The notes under the pieces are model-generated. The model was not told the DNA's origin and did no database searches. It saw nothing but the letters and a program-made list of their open reading frames with translations. A stretch of DNA of 64,000 nt, from positions 17,605,795 through 17,669,794 of the forward strand of contig CM119264.1 in NCBI GenBank assembly GCA_051294375.1. Reading direction: 5' to 3'. This document shows positions 26,999-41,220 of the stretch, piece by piece. A program made the position numbers and the translations under genes. Position 1 is the stretch's first letter. Each line of letters begins with the position of its first letter. Source of the stretch: Paraspadella gotoi (taxonomy: Eukaryota; Animalia; Chaetognatha).

Positions 26999-27296
26999 CA
27001 ATTGAGCAGGTCGACGGCGAACGCGAATGAAAACGCCCGTGCCACGCCTCTTTAACGAAACTGAAAGGATCTTTGAAATTCAAAGTGCGGGGACATATAT
27101 TTATAATTGAACATGCAAGCAATAGGATGATATCGAATCGGGTCGAAAAGAACTTATCTAGTCTTGAAAATAGAATCGAGAGACGGAGACGAAAATCGCG
27201 GCAAAGTGAAAAATAGAAAAGAAAGTGGAATAACGATAAGAGAAGAGACGGTGTCTCCTCTCTGCGACCTGCTCAATATATATCGTTTTTTAAGTC

Positions 27297-27406
27297 TCCC
27301 TTCTCAGTTCGTCTTAGAACCAAGTGCAAATAGGACTCTTTTTTCATTAGCGCCTTCCGTCTTGATAAATGGAACCGGTTTCCATCTCGCTTCCCTCTTA
27401 GCGCTC
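27297..27406 (+). repeat. ~110-bp direct duplicate (second copy at 30642-30752)
   Basis: tcccttctcagttcgtctta...ccatctcgcttccc.cttagcgctc is repeated immediately after the 25-N gap. Confidence 0.9.
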
Positions 27407-27449
27407 CTTTATGGCCTAGTGGAATACATTAGGCGCATGGCCAACATCC

Positions 27450-30048
27450 ACTACTATGACCTTATAGGGTGGGATGACGGAAAACTATCACAGGGCCTCG
27501 CTATCGAGCCAGAACCGAACTACACTATATGAGCTTGAGTAGGCGTGGATGACGGAAAATATCACAGCGCCTCGTATCGAGCCAGAACGCACTACCACTA
27601 TATGAGCCTTAGTAGGGTGAGATTGACGCGAAAATACTCACAGCCGGCCTCGCCTATACGAGCCCAGAACGACTACACTATATGAGCTTAGTAGCGGTGC
27701 GATGACGGAAAATATCACAGGGCCTCGCTATCGAGCCAGAAACGACTACACTATATGAGCTTTAGTAGGGTGGGATGACGGAAAATATTCACAGGGGACC
27801 CTCGCTATCGAGCCAGAACGACTTTACACTATATGAGCTTAGTTAGGCGTGGATGACGGAAAAAATATCACAGGGCCTCGCTATCGACCAGAACGACTAC
27901 ACTATATGAGGCTTAGTAGGGTTGGATGACGGAAAAATATCACAGGGCTCGCTTATCGAAGCCCAGAACGACTACACTATTATGAGCTTAGTAGGTGGAT
28001 GACGGAAAATATCACAGGGCCTCGCTATCGAGCCTAGAACGACATACACTATATGAGAGCTTAGTAGGGGTGATGACGGGAAAATATCACAGGGCCTCGC
28101 TATCGCAGCCAGGAACGACTTACCACTTATATGAGCTTTAGTAGGCGTGGATGACGCGAAAATATCACAGGGCCTTCGCCTATCGAGCCAAACGACTACA
28201 CTATATGAGCTCCTTAGTAGGGGTGGATGGACCGGAAAATATCACAGGGCCTCGCTATTCGAGCCAGAACGACTACCTATATGAGCTTAGTAGGGTGGAT
28301 GCGACGGAAAATATCAAGGGCCTCGCTATCGAGCCATGAACGACTACACTATATGAGCTATAGCTGGTGCGATGACGGGAAAAATATCACAGGGCCTCGC
28401 TATCGAGCCAGAACGACTACACTATATGACTTTGAGTAGGGTGGATGAGGAAAATATCACAGGGCCTCGCTATCGAGCCAGAACGACTACACTATATGAG
28501 CTTAGTAGCGTGGATGACGGAAAATATCACAGGGCTCGGCTATCGAAGCCAGAACGACTACCACTATATGAGCTTTAGGTTAGTGTGGATGACGAAAATA
28601 TCACAGGGCTCGCTTCGAGCCAGAATGACTACACTATTATGAGCTTAGTAGGGTGGATGACGGAAATATCACAGGGGCCTCGCTATCGAGCCAGAACGGA
28701 CTAACACTATATGAGCCTTAGTAGGGTGCGCATGACGGAAAATATCAACAGGCGCCTCGCTATCGAGCCAAACGGACTACACTATATGAGCTTAGTAGGG
28801 TTGGATGACCGGAAAATATCACGGGGCCGTCGCTATCGAGCCAGATACGACTACACTATATGAGCTCTTAGTAGGGTGGCATAGACGGGAAAAGATCACA
28901 GGGCCTCGCTATCGGGCCAGAACGACTACACTATATGAGCTTAGTAGGTGTGGATGACGGAAAAAATAGGTCATCGAAAGCGCGACACATGGCAGTGTGG
29001 GAATCGGCTCGATCGAGCCAGAACGACTTACACTATATGAGCTTAGTAGGGTGGATGACGGAAATATCACAGTGCCTCGCTATCGAGCCAGAACGACTAA
29101 CTATATGGCTTAGTAGGTGTGATGCACGCGAAAAATATTCACAGCGGCGCCTCGCTTATCGGCCAGAACGACTACACTATATGAGCTTAGTAGGGTTGGA
29201 TGACGGAAAATATCACAGGGGCCTCGCTATCTGAGCCAGAACGACTACACATATATGAGCTTAGTAGGGTGTGATGACGGAAAATATCCACAGTGGCTCG
29301 CTTATCGAGCCAGAACGACTACCACTATATGAGCTTTAGTAGGGTGGATGACGGAAAATATCACAGGAGGCCTCGCCTATCAGCACAGAACGACTACACT
29401 ATATGAGCTTAGTAGGGTGGATACGGGAAAATATCACAGGGCCCGCTATCGAGCCAGAACGGACTACACTATTATCAGCTTAGCTAGGGTGGATGCACGG
29501 AAATATCACAGGGCCTCGCTATCGCAGTCCAGAACGAACTACACTATTGAGCTTAGTAGGAGTGGATGACGGAAAATTATCACAGGCCTCGGCTATCGAG
29601 CCCAGAACGACTTACACTATATGAGCTTAGTTAGCGTGTGGATGACGGAAAATATCACAGCCGGCCTCGCTATCGAGGCAGAACGACTACACTATATGAG
29701 CTTGCTAGGTGGATGACGGAAAATATTCAACAGGGCCTCGCTATCGAGCCAGAAACGACATACACTATTATGAGCTTTAGTAGAGGTGGGATGACGGAAA
29801 ATATCACAGGGCCTCGCCTATCGAGCCAGAACGACTACACTATATGAGCTTAGTAGGGTTGGATGACGGAAATATCACAGGGCCTCGCCTATCGAAGCCA
29901 GACACGACTACACTATATTGAGCTTAGTAGGGTGGATGACGGAAAAAATCACAGGGGCCTCGCTATCGAGCAGAACGCACTACACTATATGAGCCTTAGA
30001 GGGTGGATTGACGGAAAATATGCACAGGGCCTCGCATATCGACAGAAC
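27450..30048. repeat. 70-bp tandem satellite, ~36 units
   Basis: Consensus GACGGAAAATATCACAGGGCCTCGCTATCGAGCCAGAACGACTACACTATATGAGCTTAGTAGGGTGGAT repeated head to tail. Units differ mostly by random 1-nt indels; there are no spacers. Confidence 0.97.
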
Positions 30049-30641
30049 GCTCCTTTTTTCTTTTAATTAGATGTAATTGAGCCAACATCCCACCCACCTC
30101 CAGAAATCGTTTTGACTTAATATAATGACTAAAAACTTTTAATTCTTCTCAATTTCCTAAGCTTCATATCTATTAAAATATTTTTTAAAAAATTTTAAAA
30201 AAAGGATTTATGCTGTAATATAATATTATGCGTTTTCATTTTATAAGTTGTATAACCTTTTTTCTTAATATTTGTTTCTTTTTTGTTTGTTTTCTTCTTT
30301 TTTTATTTTAAAATCTTTCTTACTACAATTGCAAATGAGAATTATAACCGTTCATGGGTTTTTAGACCTTTCCCCAGTATGTATCCCTATCAGAAACATA
30401 CAATTCTACATGGGTAGTCTTATCCCTATTGCGTAAAAAATCAATATAACGTTGGCTCCCTCAAAAAATTATCCTTCCCACCCCTTTCTGTTCAGCCTCT
30501 TAGATATTATGATTTTTCATTAATGCGACTTTCTAACAGAAATGATGTGTGATATCTATAGAAAACTAGGACCAAGATAGTAGTAATCTTAACCTTGTGT
30601 TGTTATCTCTCTCTTTNNNNNNNNNNNNNNNNNNNNNNNNN

Positions 30642-30752
30642 TCCCTTCTCAGTTCGTCTTAGGAACCAATGTGCAAATAGGATCTTTTTTCATAGCGCCT
30701 TCCGTCTTGACTAAATGGAACCGGTTTCCATCTCGCTTCCCTCTTAGCGCTC
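30642..30752 (+). repeat. ~110-bp direct duplicate, second copy, without the satellite
   Basis: Matches 27297-27406 but continues into gttctcgtc... instead of into the satellite. Confidence 0.9.
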
Positions 30753-32634
30753 GTTCTCGTCATTTTCGTCGGTGGCGCTCGGTTTCCTTCGCAATGCAAG
30801 CCTGCGGGACGCCATTGAGGGCGCCAAAAGATCGCGGTGTCGCCGCGGCGCTCGTCGCGGGGGACGAAGAATTGGAAAGAAATATAATAATCAATTTTCG
30901 GTGGCGACAGAAAAAAGTCTGAATCTTTCTTTCATGCTTCGCAATCCGAGACAAGATTGCGTTGGGAAGTGGAGGGAAAGAAAAAACATACAATAAAAAA
31001 AATATCCGAATTATTAATACATTGTCTATATCTTTTTCGAATGTTCAATAGTTGCTCGCGTTCCAAAAAACACTGTCTCTTCTACTATTTGGTTACAACT
31101 ACAAAACCATCCAAACACGTGCCCCTGCCCCAAATGATATCACTACCGTGTGTAATCGCTGTAAATCTGGTGATCATTTGACCCATATCCCCCTCCATCC
31201 TGCCCTCATGCTAGATATAGTCAACGAAGGCCTCTGTCAAGGCTGGCATCTTTAGCGCTTCTTCATCGCAACCCACCTCTCAGCCTCTCAGGTTCATGAT
31301 TGTCAAGAAGGTTTTTTCTTCTCTTTTTTAAACCTCGTCCACTCAACAATTTTTCATCCTCTCATCATTTTTTCTCTCAACCAAATTCAAACCAAACATT
31401 CTTTATCGACCTCGACTCTCCTTCCCTTTCTTTTCCCAACCCTTATTCGCTTTCCAACTTCTCGATGACCCAGAAAATCATGAGATCTCTTTCTCTCTCT
31501 ATCTCGCTCCTTCTCTCGCTCTCTCTCTCTCGCATCTTCCACTCAACCCTCTTCACCTTTCTTGTCAGCATCAGCGCCGGTGGGACTGAAGACGACCGAG
31601 GATCTCTCTCTCTCTCTCACTCTGGCTCTCTCTCTCTCATCATTCTCGTCTCGTTCTCTCATCACTCTCGACTCTCCTCTCTCTCTCTCTCTCTCTCTGC
31701 CTTCTTTCCCGCGAGTCAGAATTCCATCGGGTTTAAGATCAGGGATTTTCCAGCCAAATTGGAAGGTGGTCGGGTGGTCGGGTGGTCGGGTGGTTGGATG
31801 TCGGGTGGTGGTAAGAAGCCGACGGAGGGAGAAAAAGTCGGGCGACGGTGAATACAGGAAATGAATGGGAAATGAATTTCGGCGAAATGAATTTCGTCTC
31901 GAGAAAATCCTCGATTTTTCTCTGGAGAAACCGAAAAAAAAACGAAAGAATGATTCGTGAAATAAAAGCAAATTATGAAAACTCGGGAGAAAACACAAAA
32001 TCTTCTCGAAATTTAACTAATTTAGCGAAGCCTTTCTTTCTCATATAATGACGCGTACATGATCCGCTTTTTTGTAAACATTTTGCCTTCAATTATTGCA
32101 GCATGATTGCATTATTTGTTCAAGTTTTGGCCGAAGCTTGACTTACCTAAACCTACCATATTTGAAGTTCTATTTCATATATCGTTTCTTAGATTTGACT
32201 CCACTCTCCTTCGATTTTATTATCGCCGACGTCAGCGTCTTTATTGTCATCATCGTAACAACAAATATACTGTCCCTCATTTTCAAGTCATTCAATTTCT
32301 TAAGTCAATGTCATTGTTTCGGCGAAATAATATTTATATTTAAATTCATTTAATTCTTTCAACCTGCATCCAAAATCTCGAACCCCAAAAAATATTACTG
32401 ACCAAAAAAAAAAAATAAGAGGCGTCTTGAAACTATTTCAGCGAAACGCGAATCCCGGAATACTGGAGGCAGAGCTGACGCGAAAATATCTCCATGGAAA
32501 CGCGAGATTCGGGATTCAGGCGTTTTTGTCTCAACTCTGCCATCTTCCTCCCCCGTTCGATCGAGAGAGATGGATGGCATTCGTCGGAGGAAAAAGACCC
32601 GCGTTTTGTTTCTTTCTTCGTTTTCTCATAACTG

Positions 32635-32711
<77 letters not shown>

Positions 32712-33399
32712 CCCGGCTCCGACCCGTCATCTTCCGCGTCAATTCTCGCCGCGAAGTTGATCGAGCAAGTTTCACGTTCCTGCGCGAGAATTGGTGGCGG
32801 TTGCCGTGGTGATGGGATGGGGTGGGCGGTGGGTGGGATGGGGTGGGTTGGCGAAGGCTGGAGAAGGGTGGTTTTGAGTGCGTTTATTGAGTTTAGATAA
32901 CAATATCGAAGAGAAAAAACAATTCGTTGAAATGCGTTTTAATTCGTTTTAAATTTTCAAATTTATTTAAAAGCTTCGTTGGTTGTTGTTGATTATTGAT
33001 GTGGCTTGTTTGAATGATGTTAAAATTTTTTCTTTATTCCCGGTTTCTGTTGTAATCGCTTTGTGAGTATGTTTACTGTTGTTGTTGTTGTTGTTGTTGT
33101 TTTTATTGTTGTTGTTGATGTTGTTGATTTTTTTTTCATGCGAAATTTATTCTTCGAGTGGGAGAGAATTGCATTGGCGCACTTTGACTTCGAGAGCGAG
33201 GAAACATCAATTACTCGTCTGTCGGCGATTCTTCGATCAAAATCGTTTAGAAGATCGAATATATTTTTTTCAGAAAATCTTGATTCATGATGTTAAATTT
33301 TTTTATTAACAACTTATGAAAGTTCATTTTTGTTAAATTGTATAAAAAAACATTTCAAACTAGTTTGCGTTACTATTTCTAGGTAATTCAACCTTCAGC

Positions 33400-33720
33400 T
33401 CTACTTATTAACCTTTTCTTCTCCCACAACTACTCATTCTCTATTCCTCATCTCTCCAAATTAATCTACTCAGTCTCTTTTCCCGATCTTCCCATTCTCC
33501 TTTTCCAACTTCTACTAATCTATACTCAATGACTCAATGACTCAATTACTCATTCTCCATTCCCACCTCTACTAATTTTCCGATTCTCCTTTCCCAACCT
33601 CTTATAATCTACTCATTCTCTCTTCCCCACCTTTCCTAAGCTTCCCATTCTCCTTCCCCCACCTCTCCTAATCTACTCATTCTCTCTTCCCCACCTCTCC
33701 TAATCTACTCGTTCTACTTT
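33400..33720. repeat. Degenerate ~32-bp pyrimidine-rich minisatellite
   Basis: acctctcctaatctactcattctctcttcccc-type unit is clear at 33661-33712, with diverged copies upstream. Confidence 0.7.
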
Positions 33721-33884
33721 TCTATTCCCTTTCTTAGTTCTTCTTCCTTCATTTCACCGAGGATATAATTGTTCGACGACCCAGCGAAGGAACTATTCAT
33801 CTCTTCCGGAAAAAGAAGAAAGGAGAAAGACAGGAGGGAGGGAGGGAAGGGAGGGAGAGAGAGAGAGAGAGAGAGGAGAGGGGG

Positions 33885-33926
<42 letters not shown>

Positions 33927-34118
33927 GAATACAAAGAAACTTTTCCCACCTCCTCTTCCTCTTCCTTTTCCTCCAGGATTCTTCTCCCTCGACCGGAAAT
34001 GGTAACGCCCCCGCCGTTTCAGGCGTCGTTATGGAAAACCGGCGTCGTCGGAGTCGATGGTGAAATCGTGCGGCGAAGGAATGAGGAAGAGATGGAGGGG
34101 GGAAAGTGGGAGCAGAAT

Positions 34119-34195
<77 letters not shown>

Positions 34196-37100
34196 AGAAG
34201 AGAGAGAAAAAATGAAAAAAGATGTGGAGAGAGAAGAGGAGAAATAGCGAAAATTCCAGAGAGAGAAAAGCAGAATGCGAAAGGGGAAAACAGAATTATG
34301 AAATAGAGAAAAAACACAAAGATTAAAAGAAAATGAGAGAGAGACAAAGAGAGAGAGAGTAATGAGAGAGGGAGAAAGGAAATGAGATGAGAAAAGGGAA
34401 AAAGCGTACCAAATGAACAATACGTGGGGAGCAGGAAGAAAAGAAGAGAGAGAGTGAGAATAGAATAAAATGGAGATAGATAGAAAATAAGGAGAGGAAG
34501 AAGAGAATGCGGTGAAGGACAGAAAAAAAAAAGATAAGTAAATGGAAGAAACGGATGAGGTAAGTCGAGGGCTGCTGCGAAAGGCGGAGAATGAGAGGAG
34601 GGGAATAAAAAAAAGATAATAAGAAATTTTAATGAAGTAATAAAAAGGCGAGAAAAAATGGAAAATAAAAGGAAAAAGAAAAATGAAACTGGGTGATGAG
34701 AAAGTAAATTCCCTTGGAATTGTTTTGAATCGATTCAAACGCGGAGAAGAAAAAAATGGTTCGCTCAGGTTTTTCGCGAAAATGATTTCTTTTTCTTTCC
34801 CCACAATTCTTGGGTCTTCGTTAGTTTCTTATTAAACCTTTAAATTTTTTTTTAATAGGCTATTTATTTTCTTTTGTGACATCGGTAATCGGTTGTCTTT
34901 TCCAGCGCCTGGATTCTTGAAAGTGGCTTGAAATTTAATGCCTCATTCTCGATCCGAATTTCTCTCAACCGAAGCCTTGACTCTTCCCAATGAATAAATG
35001 TCTCACATGAATGATTCTTCCTTAACAGAATAATGCAAATTTTCTTACTTGGGAGTCTTTTGTTTTTCAGTAATTCGTTTTTCAAGTTGAAGCCACTAGC
35101 GGTCTTTGTTTATCGAGTTTCAAACAAACAAACCTCTTAAGTTTCTCTCTCTCTCTTCTTTTCTCTTCTCTCTCTTCTCTCTCTCTCTCTCTCTCTCTTC
35201 CTCTCTCTCTCTCTCTCTCTCTCCCATTCTCCTCTATCTATTAATGCATCCATCTCTATAACTCTCTGTCTCTGTTTGCAATTTATTTCCTCTTTAGGCA
35301 GTCGGACGACTAACACCCTTCCACCCCAACGCAACCTCTCACCACTCCCGCCCTTCATCCCCTCCGCGCCTCTAAACACTCCCCTTAAACTCCTTTTTTC
35401 AGCTGAAGTGATTTTGGGTTAAAAGGGGAATCAATCTGTCTCGGGGTCACGTGCGCTTGGTAGGGGGTTGGGGTGATGAGGAGGAGGTTGAGGAGGAAGA
35501 GTAGGAGGAGGAGGAGGATGAGGAGAAACGTGAAGAAGAGGACCCTGAGGGGTGAAGATGCATCCTGTTCAGCCGCCGCGCCGGTTGAGTTATGGCATCT
35601 AGAGACCACGATGATCATGAGGACAACGACGACGACGACGAAGACGACGACGACGACGAGGATTTATTTTAGAAGTACGAATCAATGAAGACAAAATGGA
35701 TCTCAGTTTTGTAATTCTTTTATTTTTCGTTTGTTCCTATTAAAAAAAAATTAGTTTCAACGTTCAGTTTTCTATATCTCCCCTTTTTTTTTATCTTTTT
35801 TCTATCTCTTTTTCTATAGGTTGTTGCTCCTAATTTTTTTTTTTTTTAATTACTTATATTTTTATATTTTAATATTTTAATTTCATTCTTATCAAAAGGT
35901 TTTTTTTCACTTTTTTTTCTTAGTTAATCGCTCATTCATGTATTTAAAATTTCTGAATCAGTAATGACTACTTTTTTTTATCTTATAGACTTTTCAGAAT
36001 ATTTTTAAAGAAATTTTATTGTTTTGAAATACTAATTATGTCATTATTAAAAATACATAAGACAATTCAAACCCCTGTGAAAAAAATTTTAATTCCCGGT
36101 GAAGATGATCGCTAAAAAAGGAAAAAGATTACGAAGAAGCCTCGACGATGAAAAAGACGACGACGACGACGACGACGACGAAGAAAACGATTACTACGAT
36201 GACCTCGAAAAGAGAGAAGAAGAGTCAAGAACCAGAAGACGCTTAGCATTCGCGCCACGTTCATCCTCTGTCCCAAAAAAAAGTGACAGAGTATAATTGA
36301 TTTTGACCGAAATTTCTTTATAGTGTTTTTTTTTATATAATTGCTTGTTCTATTTTGATTTTAATTATTTGATTTCTACAGCTTAAACCGCTTAACCGTA
36401 ATGAAAAAAAAATAATACAAAGGATGTAGACATAGAACATAGTACAATATAACGGAAAAAAAGAAATTTTCAACTATTTGGTTTGATTTCCCTCTTTATT
36501 ACCCTCGATGAGAAATATCCTAGAAATTTATAATCTTTCCTTTTCTCTGCCTGTCGTTTATTGGTTGTTTTTTTTTTTAACTCTTAATCGTCAACATTTC
36601 AATTTCATATCTACCGAGTATCGACATTTTTTCATGATTGAGGCCAGTGAACCTGAGGCTTCAGCCGGAAAAAGATAAAAACGGATATCATCGATCCTAT
36701 TATCGCATCTTTCGTCGACGTCATTTCTATCGAGTTTATTGAACTTTCATCATTTCGACTCAGCTGCGATCGAACCGCCATCTTCTTTTGTCGTCACGGA
36801 TCGAAAAAAACAAACTGACATTATCTTTAGACTAATTCATATCCTTTCGTAACTTAATTAATCTCCCGTGGACGCAACAAGTTTCAGAGTAAGAAAGATT
36901 TATTCTTCAACAAGAATGAATTGCGGTCTTTGACGTCGTCGTCGTCGTCGTCGTCGTCATCGTCGTGTATGGGTTGACCTCCATCGCGAAGGAGACGACG
37001 TCTGGCGAGAAAAACCCTCGTCGCGTCTTTTGTTTACCATTAATCACAGCCTTTGAAAAAAAAAGGGAGAGGAACGAAGGAAGAGAGAAAACCGGGAAGA

Positions 37101-40100
37101 AGGAAGAAAAATAATCTTTTCTTTTTTGAAAATGCAGTGAAGTCGTGGGGGCGGGGGGGGAGCGGGGGCGGAGAGGAAAAGAGCGTACATCGACGAGAGC
37201 TTTGAAAGGTAAATGAGCTTTGTGTACGTACTTATTACTTAATACTTAACTAGAATATTGTTTCTCTTTATTTGATACTTGAATTTTTTTTTTAAATGAA
37301 TTTTTTCCATCTAATAGAGACACCCTTGAGGAGCGTCTGTTACCACCAGCCAACCTAACGAGGCCAGTCAAGCTTTTGAGTCTTTTCGGACCGACATTCC
37401 CGGGAGACGCTCGCCGGCGACGCGACGCCTCGAAAAAGTTTGGGTGAAGAGACGAAACGCCGACGGCGACTCTGTTTGGAATGGGTGGTGCTGCGACGCC
37501 GCGTTCGTTTAGGCGCTGCGGCGGGGCGGAGCGTGATGCGGCCGCTGGGCTGCGCTCCGAGGGGCGTGGCCAGGATTTAAACGGCCCTCGTTTCACGCGC
37601 GCCGGAAATTCCTCGATTAATCACGCCTTCGGTTTAGCGCCTTTTTTTCTCCCACGGTTTTTGCGTTTATTCCTTCGACGCGTTTGAATTCGGATGAATT
37701 TTATTTATAACTCAGTTTTAAACGAAAGGACGAACAAAATCAACAAATTCTACCCTTAACGATTCCCCTTAGCGGCTACATTTTTTAAAAATGAATGTTA
37801 AAGACTGTGCACTGTATAGTGTATACTGTACACTGGACACTATACACTGTGCACAGTTTACAGGTATAAATCATTTTTCGACTCCTGCTCCTTTTTTTCG
37901 AAAACTTTTCCAAATCCATCAGCACATCCTCGCACCTGCCAAACGCATTCCAGAGACTCAACCCCTACCCTTTCTTCCCGCCCCCGTAACTCTCCCCAGC
38001 CACCGCCCATCTCTGCCCAGCTATCGCTATCCCCGCCCAACCCCTACCTCCGTTGCGGCAATTTGTCGGAGGGCTGCCTCCTTGACTTTTCCCACACAAT
38101 TAACCGCGCATTATTCATTGAGGCTCATTATTGCCAGAGCCTACTAAGTTGGCTGGAGTCGGGGAAAGATGAAAAAAAAAACTTTTCTGAAGGTTTTTTT
38201 TTCTTCTTCTTTTAGAAAATCAACTCGTTGGCGCCGATTTCCCTGCGAAGAAGTCACAAACAACTTTGTTTGCAAGTTTTGAAAATTTTCTTTTTAAATA
38301 AGAGACCACGATAGATTCACTTGATGAAAAATAAAGTCCGTCTGCAAAAAAACTTAAATATTTTTCAAAGAGCATGATCATAAATAAACCTTTTTTTCAT
38401 ATTATTATGATCCAACAGCTATATAGAATTCGCCAGAAACGAAAGAACAAAATGCGATTAAAAATTACAAATTACATATTATGTTACTTCCAGAAATAAT
38501 TTGTTTTTTTCTGTTATATTATTGGCATGAAAAGACCAAATCAAACCATTTACTATTACAAATTCGTTTGGCTTTGATTCGACTAAGATTTCATCACTCA
38601 TAACGACCAATAAAATATTTCAAATTCCACCGTCAGGCGTCGGATAATCCGTTAAGCGTTCGATCCCGCGACCTCCGCTTTTCGCTACCCTTGCCCCGAG
38701 GTCAATCCTTCGTGTCAAAGGTCACGTCCACAGAGGTTAAACGTCCCGACCTTCAAGATCTGACTGGACTTACGTTCAATTAAGGCGCCCGGATTTTCCT
38801 ACGAGGTTGATGTGTGAGGCGCGAGAGGCGGTCAAGCGCCGGCTGGAAAGCTGGATCAAAGGAAAATTGTAGGGTGAGGTATTTGTGGGTGGGTGGTTGA
38901 TTCAGGGTGAGGGGTGGTTGAACATGGAGATGGGTTTTCCGACAATGTCTTTGAACGTCTAATGTCTTTTAAAGTCGACATCGACTTCATCGTCGACTTG
39001 AACGGTTTCGTCGAACACATCGTCTTCATCGTCGGATTCGTCGGCCGGTGTGTCGGCCGTATCGGCGATTCCGGCGGATGTTTCGGCGATTCCGGCGGAT
39101 GTTTCGGCGGCGTTGCCGCTTTTGTCGGCGGCGTCGGTTGGATTGGCGTCGACTGTCGACGTCTCACGTTTGAAGCGACGACAGAAACGAGAAGGCGATG
39201 GAGAGAAAATTGAGGCGGGCGTGGAAATTGATGGCGCGGACGCGAAGGCGCCGCCGGGGACGTCGGGTCATAATAATGAGGCGAAAAGGGACATGGCGGC
39301 CATAGCGAAGCGACCGCTCATAATCAAGCGCTCAGTTCGGAGGGCGAGACTGGGCGAGACATGGTAAGATAGGGTGAGACAGGGAAAGACAAAGCGAGGT
39401 AATGCAAGTAGATAGGGCGGGAAAAAGAGCCACAGTGCTGAAGAATACATCGCGTTGAGTCGAGGGTCAACAACATCTGCTACGAATATAATAAAATTCG
39501 CAGTTATCTATGAATTTAAAAATGAAACATAGGTGTGGCGTCATATGTATAGCAGATTTAATTCCGGATGTTTTACGAAGCCTTTGAAAACCGAAGAAGG
39601 ACCTCGAGGAAACAATATAGAAAACCGAATTTAGCGCCGCCGTCCAAAGGGCGCCTTTCGAGGGTGCCGCCGAAAAAAAAAAAGGTGCTCTCGTTAAAAG
39701 TTTCCTTCGCTAATCGATTCGCTCGCGATTTGCATAAGAAAATCGAATTCTCGTTTGAAGGTCGAACGGAATTCCTCGAATCCACGACCGGAAAGAATGG
39801 GAGTGGGCGCGCCGGAAGTCGTGAACCGGGCGGAAAACAATCAGGAGATCAGGGAATCCCGCGATCCAAAATCCGAGTAGTTGTCGTGAGCAGTTTTAGA
39901 GAGCTGTGGAAAATGTGACCGTAGAGCCCAATTGCAAGGGCGGCCTTTTGCGTGGCGTAATCTCGGCAAAGCTGTGTCCAAGTTATATCGGACGTTTTCG
40001 TTATTTTCTTTAGACAATAAACAATCGCCTTTTTTAGTTTTCGGCCGTCGTCGTCCTCGGCGTTGTCACGTTCGTTGATTCCGTCGACAGATTTCGTTTG

Positions 40101-40621
40101 TCTTTGTTGTTATTTTTTTGGTAACGAGATTACTACGTTATCCGCCAACAGACAGTAAAGACAGAAAACAGTAAACTTCTGGCTTGAGAGTTAGATAAAA
40201 ATATATATGAAATTGGTATATTTTATTTACTGCAATTATTATATATAAAAAAGTACTAGGAATGCGGGAACCACGATGTTGTCGTCGTCCTCGAAGACAT
40301 TTACATTTATGAGATGCGACGCAACCATAATAATTAAAGAGGTAAACAAAACTCAACCCAAACATTAAGACGACCATTCTTTTCAACGACCACCAGACTT
40401 TGTGTCGTCATTGTCGTCTCGATAAAGTCACTAGCAATATCATCAAGACCTTCGCCTTCCTCAGCATCTAGAGGGAATCATGGAAACCCTTGTCTTAGCG
40501 AGTTCTTCTCGACGGTGAAATAAATGTGGAAGTATGGAAAGGCGCAATGGCGAGGAGGCGTCGAACGGCATAATAAGAAATGAATGATGAAAGAAAAAAA
40601 AGAAAGAGAGAGAGAGAAAAA

Positions 40622-40666
<45 letters not shown>

Positions 40667-41047
40667 AAAAAAAAGAGAGACAATCATGACAAAACGCAAA
40701 TTGAGTCTGGGCCTCTGCCGCGCCCTCTGGAGCCAAACCGCGAAAGCTAGCCTGCTCTTTTTTTTATATATATATATTTATTCCTTGTTTCGCTTGTTTA
40801 TTTTGGCAAAGCAAAAAGTTGATGGAAAGTTAAGTTTACTATGAATAAAGAGGGATTAGACAAGTTAAATATAAAGTAGATCTTAAATATTTATACGTCG
40901 TTTAAAGAAAACGTAAAGGCAATTCTTTTTTCGTGTTTGCATCAATATGAAATCCCCGCGAATAACATAACTCTGACAGGAAGAGGATAAGAAATCGCTC
41001 AGGCGGAAGGCGTTAGTAATGACTGCAGCACTTCGGGGGGCAAAGAG

Positions 41048-41164
<117 letters not shown>

Positions 41165-41177
41165 AGAGAGAGATAGA

Positions 41178-41220
<43 letters not shown>

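Noticed and set aside
27450-30048. CRISPR-like array or repeat-protein gene
   Set aside because: Units are contiguous with no unique spacers, no cas genes are present, and the context is eukaryotic. The 70-bp period forces stops, so the short ORFs are artefacts.
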